Virus record (IMG/VR): IMGVR_UViG_3300036854_000037
Coordinates: 1-61,708 of that record
Direction: 5' to 3' (one strand)
Length of the DNA: 61,708 nucleotides
Source: a virus
Lineage: Duplodnaviria; Caudoviricetes
Program-made: the position numbers and the translations under genes
The notes under the pieces: model-generated
The model's input: the letters and a program-made list of their open reading frames with translations, nothing else
Database searches by the model: none
Told to the model about the DNA's origin: nothing
Shown: piece after piece, positions 36,730 through 46,202 of the stretch
Position numbering within the stretch: position 1 is the first letter of the stretch
How the letters are laid out: every line of letters starts with the position of its first letter

Positions 36730-37368
36730 TCAGTTGATCTTGATGTTGATGCGCGCCATCACGGTGCTGCTCGTGACACCGAAGTTGTCGCCGAAGTCTG
36801 TGTACTTGTACTCCGCGCCCCAAGTCACGTGGTTGACCAGAGGCTTCTCGAAGCCAGCGAGGACCGCCCACCCATCGGATGTGGTATCGAACGCTTCGGC
36901 ACGAACCCAAGCTGCCCCGAGGTAGAGCATGAGGTCATCGGGGAAGACCAGACCGGCGCGACCACCCAAGCTGTAGATGTTGTCGATACCACCTGTGCCA
37001 ATCAAGAACTGGGGGCTCCAGGTTCCAAATGCGCCCAACAAGAGCGCGCCGTTGCCGAAGCGATAGTCGTAACCGGCCTTGAGTTCACCAAGGAAGAAGT
37101 CACTGCTGCCGGCGCAGTCATCGCGCACGACTGCAAATGCTGGAAGAGGTCCGTATGGCAGTTCGACAGGGCTCGCTCCACAATTCGTGTTGAGCCAAGT
37201 GTAGCCAACGCCGCCGCCGACATAGAGGCCGGTCCAGTTGAAGGTCGTGTCGGATGCTTGAGGGGGAACAATGGTAGCCGAGCGCGGCCGATAGGTATTG
37301 GGCAGCCCATCCGCGTATACAGCGCTGGCGCACATGAGCGCGATCAGCGCGACGATCCATCTCTTCAT
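36730..37368 (-). CDS. Omp25/Omp31/RopB-like outer-membrane beta-barrel
   Basis: Signal peptide; FNWTGLYVGGGVGY, AGYDY, RAG, GW..AG.E..EYKYTDFG. Confidence 0.85.
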   Translation of the reverse strand: MKRWIVALIALMCASAVYADGLPNTYRPRSATIVPPQASDTTFNWTGLYVGGGVGYTWLNTNCGASPVELPYGPLPAFAVVRDDCAGSSDFFLGELKAGYDYRFGNGALLLGAFGTWSPQFLIGTGGIDNIYSLGGRAGLVFPDDLMLYLGAAWVRAEAFDTTSDGWAVLAGFEKPLVNHVTWGAEYKYTDFGDNFGVTSSTVMARINIKIN

Positions 37369-37448
37369 GACTTGTCTCGCCTTGAGGGTTCCTACGTAAC
37401 CGACTGTATCATGCACTTACCCGTGCGCCTATTGCAGGCGCGCAACAG

Positions 37449-37850
37449 TCAACGATTGATGCGGCGCCTCCACTCATCGCCCTCGATATGGATGCTGGAC
37501 CCGACCTGGGTGCTCTTCTTGTTGAAGGTGTCGGTCACAGCCATACCAAGGTTGATGCCGGCTTGCCCCGCCAGAATGTCGAGGTAGGTCACGACGTCGG
37601 CGAACTCCTGGATCAGCAAGGGCCTGGCTTCCTCGAGTGTCATGTCGCCACGCCTGATCTTCTTGCAGACGTTGGCTGCTTCGCCCAACTCACCGAGGCA
37701 AGCGGTCATCCAATCGTTCAGAGACCAGTCCGAACCGTCGGGCTTGGAATGTGCCGGCTCGCCCTTGTTGTTCTTGAACTCAGGGAGGCGCGCTGTGTTC
37801 GCCTCACGTAGCGTGTTGAAGCTAAGTCCATTGGTACCGTAGCCCATCAA
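37449..37850 (-). CDS. MazG-like nucleotide pyrophosphohydrolase
   Basis: GELGEAANVCKK..QEFADVVTYL..FN. Confidence 0.85.
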   Translation of the reverse strand: MMGYGTNGLSFNTLREANTARLPEFKNNKGEPAHSKPDGSDWSLNDWMTACLGELGEAANVCKKIRRGDMTLEEARPLLIQEFADVVTYLDILAGQAGINLGMAVTDTFNKKSTQVGSSIHIEGDEWRRRINR

Positions 37851-38188
37851 CCCTTCTCCTTCTTCTCCAACTCCTCAATCATTGTCTGGCGGCGTTCGCC
37901 GTGCCAGCCCTCCTTGTCCTCCAAATAGTCAGCAAGCGCCATACCCATACGCTTGGCGTCCTTGATGAAGTCATCGCGTCTGAGTTGCCGACACTTCAGG
38001 ACTTCCACAGCCGAGTCGACCGTCGTAGTACCAAATGTCGAACGTGACAGTGGTGGAATGTTGCCATCGCCGTATTCCATCCACTCCTTGGCAGAGTCGA
38101 TCTCGATGGCGCGGCGGGCGAAGACGTGACCATGGTCGTCCCGGAAGGTCATCTCGAGGAAGAAACGTCGAGTCTGGTATTTGCTCAT
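37847..38188 (-). CDS. Hypothetical protein
   Basis: ORF coupled to the mazG-like gene. Confidence 0.5.
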   Translation of the reverse strand: MSKYQTRRFFLEMTFRDDHGHVFARRAIEIDSAKEWMEYGDGNIPPLSRSTFGTTTVDSAVEVLKCRQLRRDDFIKDAKRMGMALADYLEDKEGWHGERRQTMIEELEKKEKG

Positions 38189-38416
38189 AATGGTTTGAAC
38201 TTCCTCACTGCATCGATAGGGGAGGAGCAATCCTTCAAGACGCGCCTGGTGCGCCGCTGGCGCTCTTCCTCCTCCAATCGAGCCTGCATTCGTTGCTGCT
38301 CAGCCTTCTGCCGACCGAACCGCGGCGCGGTACCGCTGATACCATGCTTACGACTGCCCATGCCCCCACGAGCCTGTTGCACCTACCTAGCCCTCCAATT
38401 CTCTGCCTGGGGCATA

Positions 38417-38542
38417 CTACCTGCTCCTGCAACTGTCGGCAGGGATGCCCAGCTTCTCGCAGATGCGACCGCGGGCGCTATCGCAACCCGGTGAGCAGCT
38501 GACGAGAAAGCCGAAGATGGAAAACACTATGATTGCCTTCAT
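38417..38542 (-). CDS. 41-aa lipoprotein (below the ORF-track cutoff)
   Basis: MKAIIVFSIFGFLVS-C-SPGCDSARGRICEKLGIPADSCRSR*; LVSC lipobox. Confidence 0.6.
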   Translation of the reverse strand: MKAIIVFSIFGFLVSCSPGCDSARGRICEKLGIPADSCRSR

Positions 38543-38608
38543 GATCCTGCCCTTTCGCTCCGATCCAAACCCATTCAGGCCCGTCCGATCCTGTACCCTT
38601 ACAATACC

Positions 38609-39157
38609 TTAACTATCGCATCCAGGTCCAGCCTTGTAGGCATCCTTGATGTCACCAGAGCGCGCGTAGCCTGTGAACTCCTTCCAGGACTTCCAGCCAT
38701 TGGGGCAATGAAAACCCCACTCTCTGACCCGTGGTCCAATAATGAAGAGGCTCCAAACCGGGCTAGCACCAACTTCCAACCTATGAGCCATCTTACCAGA
38801 CCTGATGACTACACTCCCCTGGGCCCTGACGATGGACTTGGAAGGACCGGCTGGGTTGCTTGGGTCGACCGGAACATGCTCAATATAGTTGCCGACAAGG
38901 AGAATGGAGATGTTCCACCACGGGTGATCATGCAAGGCGCGGTTGTCGTCGCTCTTCTTGATGCGGTGAAGATAGGCCGCGATGCGAAGTCCCAAGCGAT
39001 CCCGATCCTCCTTGTCCTTGACGTGTGGATAGCGAAGCCACCAGCGGTCCATGTAACCTGGACCAATGTCAACATCAGGTACACCCAGGATTGCCGGGAG
39101 TACATAGCGCTTCACCAGATAGCGCCGAACAAGCTCTGGTATCCTCATCTCATCCAT
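38609..39157 (-). CDS. Cupin-fold phage protein
   Basis: YLH...SD...LHDHPW..E..H R..WSLF..G...EWGF. Confidence 0.7.
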   Translation of the reverse strand: MDEMRIPELVRRYLVKRYVLPAILGVPDVDIGPGYMDRWWLRYPHVKDKEDRDRLGLRIAAYLHRIKKSDDNRALHDHPWWNISILLVGNYIEHVPVDPSNPAGPSKSIVRAQGSVVIRSGKMAHRLEVGASPVWSLFIIGPRVREWGFHCPNGWKSWKEFTGYARSGDIKDAYKAGPGCDS

Positions 39158-40205
39158 TCTCCCCGAGGTAGTCGTCGACCTCTTGTTGTGAACTAAGTAT
39201 TTGATACGCGGTTGTGCAGCGACAATTGATCACTTCTTCGGGTGGTGCACTGGAATCACCAGGATGCATCAATTGCGCGCCGGACTCTGAGTCGAATGGC
39301 TCATCGATCTGACGCGCCTGACCATCAAGACCACGATGGGTGTCGCGTGTGCGAGAATCGTTGGTAGCCGACCATTGCTTGACCACAAACGCCCTGTCGA
39401 TGCCAGCCTGGTCGATGGCGTCGTCCATCGAGTTGGCGCGTACCTGCTCCGTAACCCGCAGCGACTCTGTGCGCGCAATCGTCTCAGCCCTGAGGTCCAG
39501 GAGTCGATCACGATAGCGCTCGACCATGTTGTCGATCGTGTCCTGGTCGATGAAGTCATTCTGATCGATGGCGTTCTCAACCGTGCTATCGAAGCGCCTG
39601 TCGCGTAGCTGACGATTGAGTGCCTGCGTGCTTGTGTTGTCCAAGAGGTTGCGGTAGCTGTCCACCATACCCTGCTGGTGGGGTGTCAACCCAATGACAT
39701 CCGACAGGGCGCGAGCGGTCTCAATTGGGTTCTGCCCTTCCTCTGCAGCGTCCGTGAGTATCTCCAAAACCTGATCCTGCTGCTCAGCTGTCAATCCCTC
39801 AATGTTGTCGAGGAGACTGGCGAACATCTCATCGACGACCTCAGATGGAGGTGGCTTGAAGCCAACGCCCACACTCGCCTTGCTGATACGCCCAGCAATC
39901 GAGTCGAGTTCGTGCGCCCAAATGATGGGTCCCATACCGCGGATGGCCTTCCTGAAATCATTGAAGTGCCCCGCCAGCAACTCGCCCGAGGTCAGCACGT
40001 CGCCACTACACAAAGACCAGGCGTCTTTCCTGATCGAATGCATGCAGTACAGAAAGTGCGACTTGATGTGCTGAGCACACTTCTCGAGTGTGCCCTCAAC
40101 GCGGATCAACTCCTCAGGCGGCGCCCTTCGACCTCTCTTGAGGAGGCGCTTGACCGGCGGTCCTGTGTGGAAGTTCCGAAAGCCATTCGCTCGTAGGAGC
40201 ACCAA
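39150..40205 (-). CDS. MuF/gp7-like minor head protein (no toxin extension)
   Basis: RAETIARTE, K.W..TND.RTR.TH..LDGQ, HPGD, EVINCRC. Confidence 0.9.
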   Translation of the reverse strand: MVLLRANGFRNFHTGPPVKRLLKRGRRAPPEELIRVEGTLEKCAQHIKSHFLYCMHSIRKDAWSLCSGDVLTSGELLAGHFNDFRKAIRGMGPIIWAHELDSIAGRISKASVGVGFKPPPSEVVDEMFASLLDNIEGLTAEQQDQVLEILTDAAEEGQNPIETARALSDVIGLTPHQQGMVDSYRNLLDNTSTQALNRQLRDRRFDSTVENAIDQNDFIDQDTIDNMVERYRDRLLDLRAETIARTESLRVTEQVRANSMDDAIDQAGIDRAFVVKQWSATNDSRTRDTHRGLDGQARQIDEPFDSESGAQLMHPGDSSAPPEEVINCRCTTAYQILSSQQEVDDYLGENG

Positions 40206-40701
40206 ATATCTCCTTCGTCCAACCGGACATGGATCTTACGCGATCCTTGTATTCCCCGTGGTACTCTGTCCACACCTTGCGATAGTACATCGCTTCTGGC
40301 CAGCCCTTCTTCTTCGGCCTCGAGAAGTGCTTCTGTACCGGGTCCATCGGGATGCCCGCCAGCACACACCTGTCAGCCACGATGCAGGCAACGACCATCC
40401 CCATGAAACCTGAGGAGCCACCTCGATGCGGAACTGTCCTGAACTCAATCCCGAGCTTGGGTCGGATTGCGATCTTGTCGTAAGTCCAGATGAACAACGG
40501 ATCAACCAGACCCCTGTCACGCCGCATCTTCAGTTCCTTGGGGAGGCGTTCTGGATGGTACGTGACCCAATGATCGATATGCGGGTAAGTTATCCCGATG
40601 TCCTTAACCGCAACCACAATATCTGGTTTGAAGAGAGCAAGTGCCGCTTCCATATCTCGATGGAGGCACTCAGCACCACCCAGAACCAAGGCAATCGTCA
40701 T
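40114..40701 (-). CDS. Rossmann-like sugar transferase (MAF/GT29-like fold)
   Basis: ALVLGGA, GGSSG, VLAG.PMD motifs. Confidence 0.5.
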   Translation of the reverse strand: MTIALVLGGAECLHRDMEAALALFKPDIVVAVKDIGITYPHIDHWVTYHPERLPKELKMRRDRGLVDPLFIWTYDKIAIRPKLGIEFRTVPHRGGSSGFMGMVVACIVADRCVLAGIPMDPVQKHFSRPKKKGWPEAMYYRKVWTEYHGEYKDRVRSMSGWTKEIFGAPTSEWLSELPHRTAGQAPPQERSKGAA

Positions 40702-40960
40702 GTTGGACCACCCGCATTGAACAGCTTGCGCGACCAAGGGCCGCTCGCATGCTGGGTCGTAGGCGTCAGGCGCCTCGTCCAACTCTCACCAGACCCGAAG
40801 TTCGTTGAGCCGTGGGTGGCCAGGATACGCGGCCAGTTCTCTCCCGTCAGACCGGGTTGCGCTGTAACAAGCCCCAAGGCAACGCGACGCTTCCAGGAAC
40901 CTGTGCTGGCATGCGTCATACCGCGCGCCTCAGCAACCTTCCTCCACCAGGAAGACATGA

Positions 40961-41305
40961 CTATCTCCGTTCACTTTCCTTGAACTCCGCCTTTGTCAGC
41001 CAGAGAACATCGTCGTCCAGTTTCGCCAGGTACACAGGATCGTTGCTCTTGCCCGCGTACTCTTGCAGCTTGCGTTGCATGCGCTTCGCCATGTCGTGCG
41101 CTTCTTCGAGTTTGGTCATACCCAACGCATCGTCACGATGCTGGGCGTCTCGATAGAGTTCGCGTAGGACCTCGCAGATCGAGCGAACGCCCTTGCTTAA
41201 GACCTTCCCCTTCCCCCGGTTCTGCCTAATGTAGAACTTACGCCAGACGACCAGCGCGCGGTTGGGCGGAATAGGTACCCGTGGGTCTGTCGCTACTTCA
41301 ACCAT
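40961..41305 (-). CDS. Hypothetical protein
   Basis: RSICEVLRE..AHDMAKRM..KL.EY helical ORF. Confidence 0.55.
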   Translation of the reverse strand: MVEVATDPRVPIPPNRALVVWRKFYIRQNRGKGKVLSKGVRSICEVLRELYRDAQHRDDALGMTKLEEAHDMAKRMQRKLQEYAGKSNDPVYLAKLDDDVLWLTKAEFKESERR

Positions 41306-42066
41306 CGCACCAGGTTCGCATGCCACTCATCTGCAAAAGGCACATCGCGATACCTGTGCAACCAGGGCCCACCCTCGGTGAAGTGGACGATTGCCGGGTC
41401 ATCGCAAGGTTCAGACACGTTGACCAACCAGTTCCACTCGAGCGGAAGCTCCCCGATCTCCTTGTCCTTGAGCCAGCAGAACGCATGCAGGTCCCGACCC
41501 GGTCTCAAGTTCAGGAGCTTGAGGTTCAACTTGTCGTTCGAGGGATGGTCAACATTGAACAACATCACGGACGACCAGTTCTTGCGCGCATACCTGGTCT
41601 GGACCTGGGCGTCCTTCTTGTACGAATTGTCGATCTCGACGTGATGGTTGTGCTTGACGCAGAAAACCGCCTTCTCAGGATGCCTTTCAACGAGGTTGAA
41701 CAACTCCGTGAGATTGTGGCGGCACATGATGTCGCAGTCGACGAACATCGCCCATCCATACTTGGCCGGCGGGTCGTATTCCTTCCTGTGCTCAATAACT
41801 GATTTCTTCACGAGGTAGGGCACGAAGAACCGTGAAATCGCAAACTGGGTCGACATGGGGGCTTCTGATATGACGTCGTGAAGCCTGTGGTTCTTGCCGA
41901 TAAACTTGATGGGGCGTGTGTACTCACCCGACTTGATGAGCTCCTGCAAAACGACAGGTTCGATCCTCGCGTGATCTGGGCTGTTGTACTGCAACGTCAT
42001 ACGAGCAACAGCGTAAGCCCCCACTTCCCTATCGTCAAAACCAATCCAGATCGTACGTCGAACCAT
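41293..42066 (-). CDS. GT-A fold glycosyltransferase (GT8/CDI-like)
   Basis: IWIGFD.RE, STQF..SRF.VP, FVDCD, RKNWSSVMLFN, VHFTEGGPW. Confidence 0.88.
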   Translation of the reverse strand: MVRRTIWIGFDDREVGAYAVARMTLQYNSPDHARIEPVVLQELIKSGEYTRPIKFIGKNHRLHDVISEAPMSTQFAISRFFVPYLVKKSVIEHRKEYDPPAKYGWAMFVDCDIMCRHNLTELFNLVERHPEKAVFCVKHNHHVEIDNSYKKDAQVQTRYARKNWSSVMLFNVDHPSNDKLNLKLLNLRPGRDLHAFCWLKDKEIGELPLEWNWLVNVSEPCDDPAIVHFTEGGPWLHRYRDVPFADEWHANLVRWLK

Positions 42067-42794
42067 CACTTCCACCTCATGCAATGGTCCCCTGACATGG
42101 ACCAAACCTCTGTTGCGCCCCACGACTTTAGCAACTCAACCGCCGAACCCCGTGGTCGCCCGTAGCGCTCCGAGTTGCCGGGCTTCTGCTCTACCACCAT
42201 AACAGGCTTGCACGCGTTGATGAATTTTTCAGCACCTAAAATCACATCATGCTCGTAACCCTCAACGTCAATCTTGATGAAGTCTGCGTACTCGATACCA
42301 CGCGACTCAGCAATTGTATCAAGCTTGTGCACGGTTACGATCGGTTTGCACGACTCAACTGACGAGGGCGGCCGGTGATAAGAGTTACCAGGCGTCCAAC
42401 CCTCAGGAAGACCCTTCGTCGGAGGGACTACTCTCGTGTTACCTGAGTTTTCTGTGGCGACATCCATCCCGATAACGCCATCTTCATTACCAAGAGCAAA
42501 CTCGTAGATGGAGATGTTGGGACAATGCTCCGTGTTCTCTCTCAGGAACTCCCTGAATACAGGTTCGAACGCATGTACAATCCCGAAGTACGAGGCGAGG
42601 GCAAGAGACCAAGTCCCGACGTGCGCGCCAATATCAAGTGCAACCCTCTTCTTCGGCACGAACTCCATTGCCGCCTTGATCTTCTTCAGCTGGTACGAGC
42701 CCCTCCCCTGGAACGTCGGCCCCTTCTCCAACGCTGTCTGGAAGTGGGTGTCCTCCGCTGGGATCAGGATTCCCCGCACCATCTTCGACTTCAT
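42066..42794 (-). CDS. FkbM-family SAM methyltransferase
   Basis: LDIGAHVG, AFEP, FIKIDVEGYE..V..GA. Confidence 0.9.
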   Translation of the reverse strand: MKSKMVRGILIPAEDTHFQTALEKGPTFQGRGSYQLKKIKAAMEFVPKKRVALDIGAHVGTWSLALASYFGIVHAFEPVFREFLRENTEHCPNISIYEFALGNEDGVIGMDVATENSGNTRVVPPTKGLPEGWTPGNSYHRPPSSVESCKPIVTVHKLDTIAESRGIEYADFIKIDVEGYEHDVILGAEKFINACKPVMVVEQKPGNSERYGRPRGSAVELLKSWGATEVWSMSGDHCMRWK

Positions 42795-43446
42795 TCTTGA
42801 CCTCCTCACCTGGTGGTGGCAGTTGATAATGGACAGACAGCTTCACACCCGAGCCCTTAAACGCCTTCTTGATCAAGGGGTCCCAGAAGTCAGGGAGTTC
42901 AACCGTCTTGTGCAGGTTGGTCCCATCGGCAAACGTCTTCCAGGCAAGACGGCAAGAGATGTTGAAGTAGACGAATGAGTGAAATTGAGTGTCGATGTAC
43001 GCACGGATGTCGTTCAGAGCATCCTCGATGTCCTCCTTCTCAAGGTGTTCCATGACGTCTGTGCAGATGATGCCATTGAAACGCCCGTGTGGCCGGTCAG
43101 AGAGTTGGATGACACCAGGGTCGTAGCAGATAGGCAGGATGCCTCCCCACTCGTTGTGCACACGCCGCGCCAGATACTGGTAACCCTTGCCCGAACCGTA
43201 ATCGAGCAAGCGCGGTTTTGGTGGGGGTGCACCAGGCACCTTGCTCGCAAGCGACTGCCACCACTTGACCATGCGGGCGATACCAAGGACGTTGTCACCC
43301 GTGAGCTTCCCAGGAAGAAGTTTCTGGTTCGCTTCGTGGTAGTCCTTGTAGAGGTTAGAGTAGTACTGAAGGCGCCTCAGCCTTGGGTAGTCAGGCGCTG
43401 GTTCCATACCCTTAGGTGGTTCCGTCTTGGATCGGAGACCCATCAT
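42634..43446 (-). CDS. Class I SAM methyltransferase
   Basis: LLDYGSGKG, YDPG, ICTDVMEH. Confidence 0.85.
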   Translation of the reverse strand: MMGLRSKTEPPKGMEPAPDYPRLRRLQYYSNLYKDYHEANQKLLPGKLTGDNVLGIARMVKWWQSLASKVPGAPPPKPRLLDYGSGKGYQYLARRVHNEWGGILPICYDPGVIQLSDRPHGRFNGIICTDVMEHLEKEDIEDALNDIRAYIDTQFHSFVYFNISCRLAWKTFADGTNLHKTVELPDFWDPLIKKAFKGSGVKLSVHYQLPPPGEEVKNEVEDGAGNPDPSGGHPLPDSVGEGADVPGEGLVPAEEDQGGNGVRAEEEGCT

Positions 43447-44318
43447 GAGGTCCTTTGGGGATAGCGCTGAGCGTAGCGATCCCTGTTGGAAACATTAGCC
43501 CGTGGTCGCCTGTCCTGTTGGCGATGATGCTGGTTGAAGCGGGGATGGTCGTGACTACACCCCTTCTCCTTCCGCATGCCCTTGAGATGATCCATGTACT
43601 CACCAAGCTTGGTGTACCCAAACGGATGGGTGATATGCCGGTGATCGTAGGTGATCTTGAACGACGGGATAGCCTTGCGCTTTCGTATCCAGTCGAAGAC
43701 GTAGCTGTCATGCCATTCAGGCAACTCGAAGATCTCACCCGACTCATAGATACGCGAGAACTCACGGAGGAAGGGGCGCGTCAAGAGATGGCGCATGTTG
43801 TAGGCGACAACGCCGCACTCGCTGTGGTAAGGATGTCGATCGATGTACGCAAGCGCCGCTGTGCTTGGGGGCAGCCCATCGAAGATGGTCTCAGGCACAG
43901 GCTTGAGGGTGATCGTATCAGCATCCAACCACACCATGTGATCGCTGTCTGTGACATAGGGCAGGACGAGGTTGAGCGCGAACACCTTCTTGGAGAACCG
44001 GAACGCATCCTTGCGATAGTCGTAGCCTGTCTTCTTCGACCTGAAGTGTGCGATCTCCGTGCCCTTGCGAAAACCATGGGTGACCGGGTTGTCCTTATGC
44101 TTCTCCCAGAACGCTACGGCCGGCTTGCTGGAGTTGAGGTCCCAGAACTTGATCAAGGGACGCTTGCGCAGGATCGACTCAGGCAAGTCCAGGCGGTCCT
44201 CACTGACGATGTTGAGCTTCACGTCCAAGGGCCAGAACTGATCGAAGGATGTGAGGAACTTCTGGCCGTATTGGGTGTAGCCAGCCGTCGAGCAACTGGT
44301 GACAATAGTGAGCGCCAT
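43443..44318 (-). CDS. GT-A fold glycosyltransferase
   Basis: DAFRFSKKV, WLDAD, SECG, EWHDSYVFD, DHLKG. Confidence 0.8.
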   Translation of the reverse strand: MALTIVTSCSTAGYTQYGQKFLTSFDQFWPLDVKLNIVSEDRLDLPESILRKRPLIKFWDLNSSKPAVAFWEKHKDNPVTHGFRKGTEIAHFRSKKTGYDYRKDAFRFSKKVFALNLVLPYVTDSDHMVWLDADTITLKPVPETIFDGLPPSTAALAYIDRHPYHSECGVVAYNMRHLLTRPFLREFSRIYESGEIFELPEWHDSYVFDWIRKRKAIPSFKITYDHRHITHPFGYTKLGEYMDHLKGMRKEKGCSHDHPRFNQHHRQQDRRPRANVSNRDRYAQRYPQRTS

Positions 44319-44421
44319 GCCGATTCCCCTCTCCTACGCCCCACATTGCCGTGCCTGCGGGCAAATGTGGTAGGGGTGGTACCCCAGACACTCCCGATCT
44401 GATCGCCCGCCAGCGGCGTCG

Positions 44422-45318
44422 CTATGCCGCCTTCAACACCCAAGGCCTCAAGTTCTCCCAGGCGAAGCCTGAGGCAATCTCCTCGTTCGTGTACTGGCAC
44501 CAGGACAGTTCCGCCAGCCGGGTGAGTAACGCATCGCTGCTGGGGACCGTGGGATTGAGCACATCCTCGAAATCTGTGTTGACGATATCCCAGAGCGGAC
44601 AGGCGCGACCGTTAATAGCCAGCACAGGCACACCAGCCATTGCCGCCTCGACCCCGGCGTTCGATCCATCGATAACAACACATTGTGTGTCAGGGAACAG
44701 AGACCAGTAAGGTTCTGTGTCCGGGTCCGAATAGCCTGTATTCGGGGGAGGGATGGGCATCCCGTGGTAGTCGCTTCCCTTGCGGGCGCAAGCCTTCGGT
44801 CGATAGATGATCTCGAGACCCAGTTCTGGCTTCGTGTCGATGACCTCCTGGATACTGCCGCAGATGCGAGCGGCGTATGCGCCGATCTCGCCCAGGTCCT
44901 GGAAGTCGTAGTACTTCTTGGTCTGCTCTACGTAAACGACCTTGTGCCTAGTAGATGGTCGTGGGTCAAGGGACACGAAAACGCCAAGCTCCTTGAGACG
45001 TCGGCGGTCTGTGTTGCCGCAGCCGAGGTAGTAGGGTTGGAAGCCCCCAATTGAGAAGCGGTTGTAAGCACCCCGCTTGAAGTAGCCCTTGTCGATGAGC
45101 ATCGTCCGCTGCTCCACAGCGCGCGCCGCCTTGTTGACGCGCTGTGATGTCAGACGAACCCCCACGAAGACAGCAAGGTGGCCTGAATGGGGCCCTGTGT
45201 CCTGTGCCGTATCGTACAGGTCTACTATCTCGCCGTGGCGCTTGAAGCCAGCGACCAGGGCCTCAGCCAGAGCCCGGTCCTTGATCGACTGATTGAGATA
45301 GGCCGCTATTTGCATCAT
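44422..45318 (-). CDS. KpsS/KpsC-like GT-B glycosyltransferase, paralog 1
   Basis: IDKGYF, YRPK, SN.GVEAA.AGVPV, LAELSWCQY. Confidence 0.7.
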   Translation of the reverse strand: MMQIAAYLNQSIKDRALAEALVAGFKRHGEIVDLYDTAQDTGPHSGHLAVFVGVRLTSQRVNKAARAVEQRTMLIDKGYFKRGAYNRFSIGGFQPYYLGCGNTDRRRLKELGVFVSLDPRPSTRHKVVYVEQTKKYYDFQDLGEIGAYAARICGSIQEVIDTKPELGLEIIYRPKACARKGSDYHGMPIPPPNTGYSDPDTEPYWSLFPDTQCVVIDGSNAGVEAAMAGVPVLAINGRACPLWDIVNTDFEDVLNPTVPSSDALLTRLAELSWCQYTNEEIASGFAWENLRPWVLKAA

Positions 45319-46201
45319 GTGCCCCCTTGAGCCCGTGTCGTACGCTTGACCATGCGAAGCTGGACGCAATCTCATCGAACGAGAACTGAGCCCAGGCAAG
45401 TTCCGAGAGTCGCTGACGACGCGCCTCATCCGACGGGAAAGGAGGATCGAGAACCTGATTGAGATCGTGACCGACGATCGAGTAGATCGGGCTCGTGTCC
45501 GGTCCTGTGGCCGTCGTCACGACAGGGATGCCGGCAATCAGCGCCTCAATGCCTGTGTTCGACCCGTGAGTGACCACACATCTGCATTTGGGGAGAAGCG
45601 CGGCAATGTCCTGATCTGGTCCAGAGAAGACAACACCCTGGGGAATACGCTTATGCGTAAGGCGCCCCCACCATGAAGGCTTCGGTCGGTAGATGACGCG
45701 GGTATTGAGAGAGTCCTTAGTCCTGACCACATTCAGCAACTGTCCACAGATCTTCTCCGCGTAGTCGCTCGCGTCACCGAGCTCGTGAAAGTCGCAGTAC
45801 TTCTGCGAGGAACCGGCGAACAAGATGTAGTCGCCGCCCCTGTGGCGCGGCAGGGGCGCAATCCCAAACTTCTTCAATCGCGCATCGGTGTAGGGCTCCC
45901 GCCCCAGGTACCAAGGGTGGATGCCATCGACCGAGAAGCGCATGTGAGTGCCGCGGAGCATGTACCCCTTGTCAACCATGAGCGTATGCAAACCAGCTTC
46001 CTTGGCATGGTTGTAGATGCGTCGGCTCTTGCGGCGGACACCCACGAACACGATCAGGTCGTACTTCGTTAGGGCACTCCTGTCATAGTCATGTGTGTGG
46101 ATGACTATGGGCGCATCGCCGTTGGCCTTGAAGCCAGAGGTGAGCGCGGCTTCGAGGTTGCGCTCACCTTCCGTTTCGGTCATGTACAGGGCGATCTTCA
46201 T
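45263..46201 (-). CDS. KpsS/KpsC-like GT-B glycosyltransferase, paralog 2
   Basis: VDKGY, YRPKP, VVTHGSNTGIEALIAGIPV, LAWAQF. Confidence 0.7.
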   Translation of the reverse strand: MKIALYMTETEGERNLEAALTSGFKANGDAPIVIHTHDYDRSALTKYDLIVFVGVRRKSRRIYNHAKEAGLHTLMVDKGYMLRGTHMRFSVDGIHPWYLGREPYTDARLKKFGIAPLPRHRGGDYILFAGSSQKYCDFHELGDASDYAEKICGQLLNVVRTKDSLNTRVIYRPKPSWWGRLTHKRIPQGVVFSGPDQDIAALLPKCRCVVTHGSNTGIEALIAGIPVVTTATGPDTSPIYSIVGHDLNQVLDPPFPSDEARRQRLSELAWAQFSFDEIASSFAWSSVRHGLKGAHDANSGLSQSVDQGPGSG

Positions 46202-46202
46202 C

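Noticed and set aside
39150-40205. MuF polymorphic toxin
   Set aside because: The protein ends ~20 aa after the NCRC motif with no toxin extension. The toxin domains are on tagged proteins instead.
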